Virus record (IMG/VR): IMGVR_UViG_3300001605_000025
Coordinates: 1-64,000 of that record
DNA length: 64,000 nucleotides
Source: a virus
Taxonomy: Duplodnaviria > Heunggongvirae > Uroviricota > Caudoviricetes
Direction: 5' to 3' (one strand)
Shown here: piece after piece, positions 56,341-64,000 of the stretch
How the letters are laid out: every line of letters starts with the position of its first letter
Numbering within the stretch: the first letter of the stretch is position 1
Position numbers and translations under genes: made by a program
The notes under the pieces: generated by a model
Databases searched by the model: none
What the model was told of the DNA's origin: nothing
Seen by the model: the letters and a program-made list of their open reading frames with translations, nothing else

Positions 56341-58508
56341 TCAACCGTAACACGAGATAATAGATCAGCGTCAGGATAATCAGTATCGATACATATAACG
56401 TCAACGGGACTAATGCAATATAATAACTTAGGCTTCTTGTCTGCCCTGAACTTAATTCCAAGAAGTTTCCGTCCATTCTCTTTACCTCGAATCCAAGGGC
56501 TTGAACCTCTCTCTTCGTGTGAACGATTCTTTGTAATACCCTTAGGTATCGCTACAAGTTGACAACCAACTCTACCGTTCAATATATTATAGTAAGTTTC
56601 TCTTATTAAACGTACTGCTGTTTCGGGATCATTGTTAACGAGAACGTTCTCGAAGAATTGTTTCATCAACGTTCTCGATATCTCGGCAGTATCCGATCGT
56701 TTGACTTCAAGCCCAGTATAGTTAACCTTTGGTGGTAGTTTTGTAAGGTCTTGTCCATCCTTCCAAATAAGAACACCGGCATAACGTTTCTTCGCAGCGA
56801 CGTCCTTGTCCGACCGTTTCTTAAACATAAGTGTGCGGTATATCTTCTCCAGTTTAAGCGTAGGAGCAAGATGGTCGGCGATATTGACGGATCGTGCCCA
56901 ATCCAAGAGATAAGTATTGAGTTCCGTCTGGATGCGCAAACCTTCTTCTGGTGTCTTAACTGGCTTGATAAACGTACTGTCCGTATCCCCATAGACGATA
57001 GTATAACCCAACTCTCTGATGCGTTTATGTAGTTCTCTGGAGATCTCGCGACCCTTTCCAGTAATAAACGCTGCGATTTCGGGTTTATGGAGTCTGGCTC
57101 CAGAAAAAGCCAAATATCCGTAGAACGCGTTGATGACATATTTCAAACTCTGTTCACTAGTTAACATAGCCTTTGAGGCTTTACCTTCCATTTTCAATCG
57201 TCTCATCACATCTCTAGCTTCCATCAATTCAACGATGATCTTAGGTATCATCTTAAGTCTGTCCGGACTCAGATTAAACGCTAAGATAATTGATGGGTAT
57301 AGAGCTTTCAAATCAGTAGTACCAACGTTCTCGTGAACACCAAACTCCGGTTGTAAGACTAACGCTCCTTCATAATCAACCGATACCACATCATGTCGCT
57401 TAGTCGGTAGAGGCATAACCTCACCAGCTAATACGACCTTATGCATGATATAGTATTCGATAATCTTTGCACGTTGATAGCAATCGGTAATCTTGATACC
57501 GACCATCCTACGGAGAGACTCGTAGAACTCTATAAGTCCAGTTTCAGCATCGATCTTCTGTAACGCAATAACATCATTCTTTCCGTACTGTATAAGTTCC
57601 TTCCAACGCTTCTCTTGGATCAAGGTACGGATATGATCTCCGTGGTCTTCGTACGTGAACTGTGCCTCGTGCCGTGCCACAAACTTTAAGTCGTAAGTTG
57701 GTAAACCACCCTTTGGCTTGCTCCAGTCCTTGTAGAATTTCAGCATATCGAAGAGTTCCCGTCCTTGCCATCTCTCCTCGTCTGGGTACGTCGTAGGCCA
57801 CCTCGATAACTTCGAAACATTGACCTTGAGCATCCTTGCTCTTCTTATGATATACGGAATATCGAACTTTTCGCTGTACCAACCGCACATCAGATCCGGA
57901 TCTGTTCTCCAAACGAACTCTACAAATGCTGTGAGTAATTCCTGTTCCGTATCGAACGACTCTTGGTCTGGGTCGATCAACTCTCCGTTCAGTGTAAACA
58001 CTTTGCACTCTGATGTGTAAGAATCTAGGACCTGTATCTGACAGATTGGCCATTTGCATTCCTCCGGTAGTGGCATTTCATCAACTGGACTATCAACTTC
58101 AATATCGAAAAAGCAGCATCTCGGTTTCAACATCGGAACGTCTATTGGGTGTCCCAGTTCATCGAACCCATACATGATTCCGTGATCGATTAGGTAACGC
58201 ATATCGTAAACGATATCCGCTTCGCACGTAAACGGAAAGAGATCACGTACCTTCGGAACGTCACTCGGTAATCTTGTGAAACATCGTGTAACGTTTCGCC
58301 CAAAAGCATCAATGTAACCAGGTTCCGTTCTAGTGATAAAAGGAGTTGACGGAATGTACGACCCTCCTCCGTAAAAGTAAGGTTCTTGATTTCCAAACCC
58401 CATAACTTTGACTTCTTCCGGTTTATCATAATTCCGACCTATCAATACCGTTATTGGTTTCCCGTTATGCATTGTCCAGAACGATTGTTCCCAAACGTAC
58501 CGACTCAT
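56223..58508 (-). CDS. family B DNA polymerase
   Basis: Exo I FDIEVD, motif A DLKALYPSI and motif C YGDTDS. Confidence 0.9.
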   Translation of the reverse strand: MSRYVWEQSFWTMHNGKPITVLIGRNYDKPEEVKVMGFGNQEPYFYGGGSYIPSTPFITRTEPGYIDAFGRNVTRCFTRLPSDVPKVRDLFPFTCEADIVYDMRYLIDHGIMYGFDELGHPIDVPMLKPRCCFFDIEVDSPVDEMPLPEECKWPICQIQVLDSYTSECKVFTLNGELIDPDQESFDTEQELLTAFVEFVWRTDPDLMCGWYSEKFDIPYIIRRARMLKVNVSKLSRWPTTYPDEERWQGRELFDMLKFYKDWSKPKGGLPTYDLKFVARHEAQFTYEDHGDHIRTLIQEKRWKELIQYGKNDVIALQKIDAETGLIEFYESLRRMVGIKITDCYQRAKIIEYYIMHKVVLAGEVMPLPTKRHDVVSVDYEGALVLQPEFGVHENVGTTDLKALYPSIILAFNLSPDRLKMIPKIIVELMEARDVMRRLKMEGKASKAMLTSEQSLKYVINAFYGYLAFSGARLHKPEIAAFITGKGREISRELHKRIRELGYTIVYGDTDSTFIKPVKTPEEGLRIQTELNTYLLDWARSVNIADHLAPTLKLEKIYRTLMFKKRSDKDVAAKKRYAGVLIWKDGQDLTKLPPKVNYTGLEVKRSDTAEISRTLMKQFFENVLVNNDPETAVRLIRETYYNILNGRVGCQLVAIPKGITKNRSHEERGSSPWIRGKENGRKLLGIKFRADKKPKLLYCISPVDVICIDTDYPDADLLSRVTVDWQKMGLKTVQMKMESLMESIGLNWDTEINGQTGLTKWF

Positions 58509-58511
58509 AGT

Positions 58512-59105
58512 TTATCCTCTGTGTAACCATCCTGGAAGTCCACCATGCACATTGAACCGATTAGATGCAATCACATCAGACCAGTCACCTGGATGCATAA
58601 TGATACAACCTCTCGGTGCAGACGCATGTACAAGTACACGTATACTTTGTCTACCATCATCTAAACCTAGATCCCAACTCATTGAATGTGTTTCAGGTAC
58701 AGAATCAACTTGCTGACCATATAGATGTAACCGATCGATAAGTAGATATACTGCTCGTCCAACGGCACACCTTATCATATCGAATCTCGAATTTTTAATT
58801 GTATCGTTATCTATAGCAAGCTGAACCCCAACAGGTAAGTATAACGTTACGACGACACGTAAATGATTATCTGAGTACGCACGAATCTTTAGATGTTCCA
58901 TAATACGTTCTACACGTGGACTAGTCCTAGCTAGTTTAACTAACTCTTCATAAACTGCACATTCTACATCTGGTTTTCTTGAACCGTTCTTTAGTTGCTT
59001 AAACGTAAGCGTAAGATGTGCTAAAGCTTCAAGTACGTCAGTAGGATTCTCATCTCTAAACAATGCAAATATCCTATCAGCTATATACTGCTGTCTAGTG
59101 TTCAT
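58512..59105 (-). CDS. hypothetical protein
   Basis: 197 aa. Confidence 0.4.
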   Translation of the reverse strand: MNTRQQYIADRIFALFRDENPTDVLEALAHLTLTFKQLKNGSRKPDVECAVYEELVKLARTSPRVERIMEHLKIRAYSDNHLRVVVTLYLPVGVQLAIDNDTIKNSRFDMIRCAVGRAVYLLIDRLHLYGQQVDSVPETHSMSWDLGLDDGRQSIRVLVHASAPRGCIIMHPGDWSDVIASNRFNVHGGLPGWLHRG

Positions 59106-59108
59106 AAA

Positions 59109-59303
59109 TCACCACAAACCTTGAGTATACAGTTGTTCGTAAATCTCGTTAATCCGATCTCCAATTTCATCCCAACGTGCACACTCATTATCAGACAGTA
59201 CACATCCACTAGCTTCCATTGCTTGAAACCTATTCCACTGGACAACAAGTTTAGCTTGTTCAGCTTTCATAGCTTTAGCTTGTTCCCTAGTAATGTTTAC
59301 CAT
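59109..59303 (-). CDS. hypothetical protein
   Basis: 64 aa. Confidence 0.35.
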   Translation of the reverse strand: MVNITREQAKAMKAEQAKLVVQWNRFQAMEASGCVLSDNECARWDEIGDRINEIYEQLYTQGLW

Positions 59304-59305
59304 AT

Positions 59306-59569
59306 CTAGCTCCGTACGTAGAATCCAGGATCATTCTCTACAATGTACAATCTTCGTTCATGCTTCAATGGAACATGTGTCGGTCTCATAATTATAGTCC
59401 CATCTTCTTTCAGATAGTAATAATCATTCTCCGAAACAGGTCTCATATGTACAGCCCTACATTTTTTACATCCATAGTGTGATACAAGAATCCATCCATA
59501 GCTAGAACGTTCCGTATACCAGACACCTAAAAATGTTATGTCATCAGATCCACACGTTGGACATTTCAT
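59306..59569 (-). CDS. zinc-ribbon protein
   Basis: CPTCG...CKKC. Confidence 0.4.
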   Translation of the reverse strand: MKCPTCGSDDITFLGVWYTERSSYGWILVSHYGCKKCRAVHMRPVSENDYYYLKEDGTIIMRPTHVPLKHERRLYIVENDPGFYVRS

Positions 59570-59657
59570 ACTTTCACCTTTTGTTTACGTTCCTTATTTG
59601 CCCTTCGTTTCGCATCCTTCTTATCATGCGACCGTCCTCGTGGTAACATTCTAACCA

Positions 59658-60494
59658 TTAGTCCACCATTGATCGCTTTGGTAGTTCAGACTCAGCAAAG
59701 ATCATCTGACCGTCAGCTTGTGTAAACGCATCCAGGAACTGAATATTCTTCACGATATCGTACATCATCACCTTATCATCAAGTCCAGAGTTATCAGATC
59801 CATCCCAACTAATCGGTAACCGTGATGTAACTTTCCGTCCGTCCATCTTAACGTTCCGTGTTATCTGCCACTGCTGTTTCAAATCGACTTCGTTAATAGC
59901 AGCACTAACACACAAGCTACTATCAATACTATTAAACCGACCAGCCATATTATATATTTCAAGCAGGTTATCCCATCCAAACGCGTGGACGTAACGATCT
60001 TGAGGAAGGTCCAAAAACTTATGCAAGCTACCACGATCGAAACCAAGACGGTAACTAAAGATACTGATTCCGAGAGCGACATCTCTATACTTCCGTATCA
60101 TATTCCACTGTTCTAGCATCTCGTTAGGTCTTTCGTGAAGAATACACATCAGATTAATATTATCATCCAGAAGACCTTCAGACTGGTACTCCTCCAGAAT
60201 ATCAATAGTCATCCGACCAGTTTCAATTCCATCCGTCAGTTTCTCAGGTCCAACAACGAACACCTGATCGGCATCAAGTTGTCTAGCCATGACCATCATA
60301 TGTTCAAAATCAGTAGCCTTTACATCTTCATATAATGCATTATCTAGAACTACGGTATCCCATTTCCGTCCGAGATAGAAGTCTCGATAGGCTTTAATCT
60401 TCCAGTACTGTGATAGAATAAAAACATTAGTTGTTCCTGCAACATCTAACGTCTCCAGGTATCCAATCGGAACGATCGGCATATAGTTAACCAT
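59658..60494 (-). CDS. hypothetical protein (tested and not confirmed as DpdA/TGT-like)
   Basis: 278 aa. No diagnostic motif recognised. Confidence 0.4.
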   Translation of the reverse strand: MVNYMPIVPIGYLETLDVAGTTNVFILSQYWKIKAYRDFYLGRKWDTVVLDNALYEDVKATDFEHMMVMARQLDADQVFVVGPEKLTDGIETGRMTIDILEEYQSEGLLDDNINLMCILHERPNEMLEQWNMIRKYRDVALGISIFSYRLGFDRGSLHKFLDLPQDRYVHAFGWDNLLEIYNMAGRFNSIDSSLCVSAAINEVDLKQQWQITRNVKMDGRKVTSRLPISWDGSDNSGLDDKVMMYDIVKNIQFLDAFTQADGQMIFAESELPKRSMVD

Positions 60495-60897
60495 TCAGTT
60501 CATCTCCTTTAACAATAATAGTAGATGATGTTCCCGTTAACGCTGTTCGTTTCTTTGGACTAATCGGTTGTAAGCTAGTTACATGATCCGATAACATTGA
60601 TATGTCCGAATCCGTACCGATTACCGGAGCATGTTCCACTGATGGTTGTGTAGCATCATCCAGTAACGATAATGCTAGTGCGCAATAATTCGCAGTATCG
60701 ATCAGTTCATCACGAAGCTTAGAACTCGATACAGAGTACCGCGCTCGTGTAGCCTTAATCGTGATCTGGACTAACCAATCTTCAAGTCCATGTAATGCAA
60801 TAACATCAGTCGTATATCCAGGACCAGCAGACGTAAGTCTGTCAATCATATGTTCTAACTGTTTAATAGCTTTCTTCGTTCTTTCATCAGCAGTCAT
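60487..60897 (-). CDS. hypothetical protein
   Basis: 136 aa. Confidence 0.4.
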   Translation of the reverse strand: MTADERTKKAIKQLEHMIDRLTSAGPGYTTDVIALHGLEDWLVQITIKATRARYSVSSSKLRDELIDTANYCALALSLLDDATQPSVEHAPVIGTDSDISMLSDHVTSLQPISPKKRTALTGTSSTIIVKGDELNG

Positions 60898-60991
60898 TCA
60901 CTTACCTCGTTTTACACATTCACAGATAACACGTTTCATATCTCCGTACTTCGGACTATGAAGTTCAACTCTCACTCCAGTTCCTCCGCAT

Positions 60992-61189
60992 TTAGGACAA
61001 ATCCATTTTCTCATCATCATACCTTACAGGCATAAACATTGCTTTGGCTCCGTCGAAGATAATACACTTCTGTCGTTGAGCAACACCGATATCCATGTAT
61101 CTCTCATTCGACCTATCAATTATGATAGTACATGCGTACTCCTCACACTCTGTACAAATGTATGCAGTCTTAACGTTCTCGGATTTCAT
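60992..61189 (-). CDS. Cys-rich small protein
   Basis: CTECEEYAC. Confidence 0.35.
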   Translation of the reverse strand: MKSENVKTAYICTECEEYACTIIIDRSNERYMDIGVAQRQKCIIFDGAKAMFMPVRYDDEKMDLS

Positions 61190-61969
61190 TCAGTTCACCT
61201 TAATCTTAGATGTGTCACGGAGATGCTTAACGATCGAATCCCATGTTGGATTCGTCAGTGGTGTGTGAGTCCCGCCAAACCGATCACCCTTAAAGATCAC
61301 TTGTCTAGTCAGTCCGTCATACTTCATTTCCAGTATAACATCAAACCAGTAGTCAGTTTTCTTCTGCCACTTAGCCTTATCGTATCCAAGATCAGCACCA
61401 CGGTCACCAACAGCAGCCTCTGCACGGAAACACCCGATAACATTCCACTGGGAGTGAAGCATCATCATGATAAACTCGTTATACCGTTTATTGGCGTGTC
61501 CCCAAGCTAACCGTCCAGGATCTGTAAAGTTCGATTCGTCCTTCCATGTTCCTAACCAATCCCATATATCAGATCCACTATCGATCACGATAGTTCCGAT
61601 TGGACCCTTATAGTCAGCGATAAAGTCAGTCAGAACATCCATCGCCTCATATGCAGCGTCTAAGCTCTTTACAACGTCAACTTTATGGAGCTTCTTATCA
61701 GCTTCATAAAGTACCTGGGCAACGTGAATCTGTTCCTGAACATCTTTTGGAAACTGTAAACGATTCAGTGACCAAGATCCTTCAGTATCTATCCCATAGA
61801 TAGGTTTAGGAGCTGTCATCGCTAGATGTGTCTTCCCGACTTTCGCACGTCCCCAACACGCTATCTTGAGACCCGAAACGTGTTCTAGTTCCACAGAAGG
61901 CTTAAAGATCTCCTTAATATTCCGTGGAACACGTTCTGGTTCGTCCTTAATCTTCTTTCCGAGTGCCAT
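61190..61969 (-). CDS. RecA-fold ATPase (Sak4/AAA_24-like)
   Basis: Walker A GRAKVGKT near the N-terminus, 259 aa. Confidence 0.45.
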   Translation of the reverse strand: MALGKKIKDEPERVPRNIKEIFKPSVELEHVSGLKIACWGRAKVGKTHLAMTAPKPIYGIDTEGSWSLNRLQFPKDVQEQIHVAQVLYEADKKLHKVDVVKSLDAAYEAMDVLTDFIADYKGPIGTIVIDSGSDIWDWLGTWKDESNFTDPGRLAWGHANKRYNEFIMMMLHSQWNVIGCFRAEAAVGDRGADLGYDKAKWQKKTDYWFDVILEMKYDGLTRQVIFKGDRFGGTHTPLTNPTWDSIVKHLRDTSKIKVN

Positions 61970-61972
61970 ATG

Positions 61973-63496
61973 TTACCCCGTTAAAAAAGTATAGTGTTCA
62001 ATATCCTTTAACATTGTTCCACGATCAGCTTCAAACATTGGAACAAACTTGAATACTGCATCGCTGTATCCACTAATCGGACATGTTAACGGATCCGACT
62101 CTGGAATCTTAAGTAGTCCGTAAGACGATACATCGAAACTATACAGTCTACAGTTCGGATTGACTTTCATCCTGTACTGTTTAAGCACATCCTGAACGTC
62201 ACTACCGTACCCGTAGCTATTATAGCACTGCATATCGGAGAACAAGAAGATCCGATCGTAGAACTGGTTCTTCGATAATATATCAGTTATTGCTAACCAA
62301 GCATTAGTAGAATGACCAACGTCAGTAGTAGCAACTTTCTGCATATTAGTAAGAATGCTGTCACGTTTAGATAACGGTACAGTCTTGTAAGTTTGTCCGA
62401 ACGCACCAACTGTTGCCTCCTCACATACATGTAACGAGATTGCACTGAACAGTGATGCGATATCAATGCACTGAACAGTACTCTTATCGGAAACGTCTGA
62501 ATGCATCGATCCACTGTTATCAGACGCAATAAATGTCTTGCCTGATATCCGTGGAACATTCTCAACGGATATAGTCATTGCATCGTTTATCGCATCCAGA
62601 ACTTTTGTAGGTCCACCTACCTCACGGTAAGCACTGAAGAACCTATAGGGGAACTGTTTACTTTTCCGTACAGCAACAGGATCCGTTAACCGCTTCAGAT
62701 AAAGATTCATATCAACATCATGCTTCTGGAAGTTTCTTAAGTTCCTCAGTAGCGCCATGTAGCCCATCTTTGGAATTACTTCCTCCCATGTCCTCTTAGA
62801 AGCACCGTTCTTCGAAATGTGAGTCTCCCAAGTAAACGGAGTCTCCAATGTTCCGTTGATAATCTTATCATACAGTACCTGTTGTTCTGCAGATTTCGGT
62901 TTCGGATGTGTCAGGAAGATAACATCTTTCAGTGTTACCTTTCCTTCACGATTATACTTCGCCAGCTGGTATTCATCAAACTGGTTTAACGCATCACTAA
63001 TACCCTTCTTTAGCATTCCAGGTATCGGAGCGAATGTCTTCGGTACATACTTCTTACCTTGAGCTTCAAGTGAGGCTTTCCGTTTCGCTTCTACTTCTGG
63101 GTTAATAGGTGACGACGCTAAAAAGTATGCTATCGCTTCTGCGGGTTCGTCAGCTCTCCGAAGAATACTTGAAACATATTTATACGCACCTTCCAGTTTA
63201 GTTCCAGCCTTAGCATACTCAACTAATAGAAACACAGGAACAGTTCTCAAGTACATTTCGTTCCGTGCATATGCCGCCAACTTCGGTACGTACTCAGGAT
63301 CGTTTACACTGATCCGTTTAACAAGATTCAGTATAGCATCGCTAGTCTGTTTCTCCTTCGTATAGTATGAGTCTCCAGACATCATAAACGACATCGTGTG
63401 GAGCATCAATGCTAACTTGTCAGAAGGCTTATACGCTTCCGCCCCCTCATAGTTAACGGGTTTCGTTCCGTTTGGTTTTGCATTAAATCTCGCCAT
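61973..63496 (-). CDS. rsr: Ro60 orthologue (TROVE domain + vWA/MIDAS)
   Basis: MALLRNLRNF, FPYRFF, IASDNSGSM (MIDAS DxSxS) and FLFSD blocks align with human Ro60. SD GGAGAAG before the ATG. Confidence 0.7.
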   Translation of the reverse strand: MARFNAKPNGTKPVNYEGAEAYKPSDKLALMLHTMSFMMSGDSYYTKEKQTSDAILNLVKRISVNDPEYVPKLAAYARNEMYLRTVPVFLLVEYAKAGTKLEGAYKYVSSILRRADEPAEAIAYFLASSPINPEVEAKRKASLEAQGKKYVPKTFAPIPGMLKKGISDALNQFDEYQLAKYNREGKVTLKDVIFLTHPKPKSAEQQVLYDKIINGTLETPFTWETHISKNGASKRTWEEVIPKMGYMALLRNLRNFQKHDVDMNLYLKRLTDPVAVRKSKQFPYRFFSAYREVGGPTKVLDAINDAMTISVENVPRISGKTFIASDNSGSMHSDVSDKSTVQCIDIASLFSAISLHVCEEATVGAFGQTYKTVPLSKRDSILTNMQKVATTDVGHSTNAWLAITDILSKNQFYDRIFLFSDMQCYNSYGYGSDVQDVLKQYRMKVNPNCRLYSFDVSSYGLLKIPESDPLTCPISGYSDAVFKFVPMFEADRGTMLKDIEHYTFLTG

Positions 63497-63538
63497 AACA
63501 CTTCTCCAGTATTAGGTATTCGGACTTCGGTACTTAAC

Positions 63539-63619
63539 GGTAACGGGTGGGAGTTGAACCCACACTGACTATCATCGTACTTGTCAGCTCCACCATGTAC
63601 GACAGGGCAATTCCGTTAC
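63539..63619 (-). tRNA. tRNA-like element 1 (possibly a Y-RNA module or atypical tRNA)
   Basis: Minus strand: perfect 7-bp acceptor GTAACGG/CCGTTAC and a T-arm GTGGG-TTCAACT-CCCAC. The interior (49 nt) does not fold into a canonical D/anticodon layout by eye. Confidence 0.4.
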
Positions 63620-63621
63620 CA

Positions 63622-63694
63622 ATGTGACTGCTGGGATTTGAACCCAGGTCGCTCGCGTGGAAGGCGAAGTAACTGTCAACTACGCCACTCTCTT
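63622..63694 (-). tRNA. tRNA-like element 2 (Gly-like TCC anticodon loop; acceptor mispaired)
   Basis: T-arm CTGGG-TTCAAAT-CCCAG, anticodon arm TTCGC-CTTCCAC-GCGAG and D-arm GTAG-TTGACAG-TTAC. The 5' and 3' acceptor strands do not pair. Confidence 0.35.
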
Positions 63695-63952
63695 AAGGGT
63701 ACAACCGTTTACAGCTATGTTAAGCATGATGAACCGTACTACACTACAGTCACTACATTAATTGTATGACAGGTGGGGGGGTTATATCCTCTCCGCTTAC
63801 AGATGGAAGCGTCTTTTACCGAGGTGCTTTACCTCTGACCATCGTACCTGTCACTAGTAATGATTGGAGGAACAATCGTTAACGGTGTTATTCCGGTAAG
63901 TCTGAAGTAACCGTTAACTTTACCATCCAATCTCTAACATATCGTTAGATAG

Positions 63953-64000
63953 TGAGTCTGTCCGGATTTGAACCGGAACCTCTTCATCCACAGTGAAGTA
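63953..64000 (-). tRNA. tRNA-His (GTG), 3' portion; 5' part lies beyond the window end
   Basis: T-arm TCCGG-TTCAAAT-CCGGA and anticodon arm CTTCA-CTGTGGA-TGAAG with GTG at positions 34-36. Confidence 0.65.

Noticed and set aside
59658-60494. Possible DpdA (DNA-guanine transglycosylase) assignment
   Set aside because: Considered because FolE2/QueD/QueE are present. I could not identify TGT-family catalytic motifs by eye, so it is left as hypothetical.
1-64000. CRISPR arrays, integrase/lysogeny module, IS elements
   Set aside because: No short direct-repeat/spacer arrays, no tyrosine or serine recombinase signatures and no terminal inverted repeats were seen. The only tandem repeat is the in-frame 45-bp coding repeat at 37980-39500.

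Overview
This 64 kb window is part of a tailed dsDNA virus (Caudoviricetes) with a siphovirus-like layout: a 2374-aa tape measure protein and no tail sheath gene. It has four parts.

(1) 1-9978, minus strand. An early-type block of about 35 small genes. Many encode Cys-rich or zinc-ribbon proteins and many are translationally coupled through ATGA-type start/stop overlaps. The block also holds an SPFH/band-7 membrane protein and a classical AAA ATPase.

(2) 9979-12478. A divergent control region with recurring TTTAWATATAGG promoter-like motifs and about 450 nt without ORFs. It contains the stand-out feature of the window: an 885-bp island (11452-12336) with no G at all on the + strand. This island encodes four tightly packed, SD-preceded minus-strand genes. 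Their mRNAs would contain no cytidine, and their proteins use only 15 amino acids (no Ala, Thr, Pro, His or Gln).

(3) 12479-42023, plus strand. The structural module: TerS-like protein, TerL, portal, scaffold, decoration protein and major capsid protein, then connectors, tail tube, chaperone and tape measure protein. The tape measure protein carries an embedded YpsA/SLOG-like domain. Downstream are Dit/Tal-like proteins, a PKD/discoidin adhesin, two paralogous beta-helix fibre genes, a protein built from a 45-bp periodic repeat, and membrane/tail-anchored proteins.

(4) 42020-63496, minus strand. The replication and nucleotide-metabolism module: family-B DNA polymerase, a PCNA/gp45-like clamp, a clamp-loader-like AAA+ protein with a degenerate P-loop, an ERCC4/XPF-HhH2 nuclease, a Cas4-like nuclease, RNase H, an RNR, a ThyA-family enzyme, a dCTP-deaminase-like protein, a Sak4-like ATPase and a 7-deazaguanine precursor cluster (FolE2-QueE-QueD). 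It ends with a Ro60 (TROVE+vWA) orthologue followed by tRNA-like elements and a partial tRNA-His.

Host domain is ambiguous. Strong SD usage and the YpsA-like domain point to bacteria. The ERCC4 nuclease, FolE2/MptA and the TATA-like motifs are archaeal-flavoured. No integrase, CRISPR array or canonical endolysin was recognised. Coordinates that I derived by hand (small ORFs, trimmed starts) may be off by a few nucleotides.
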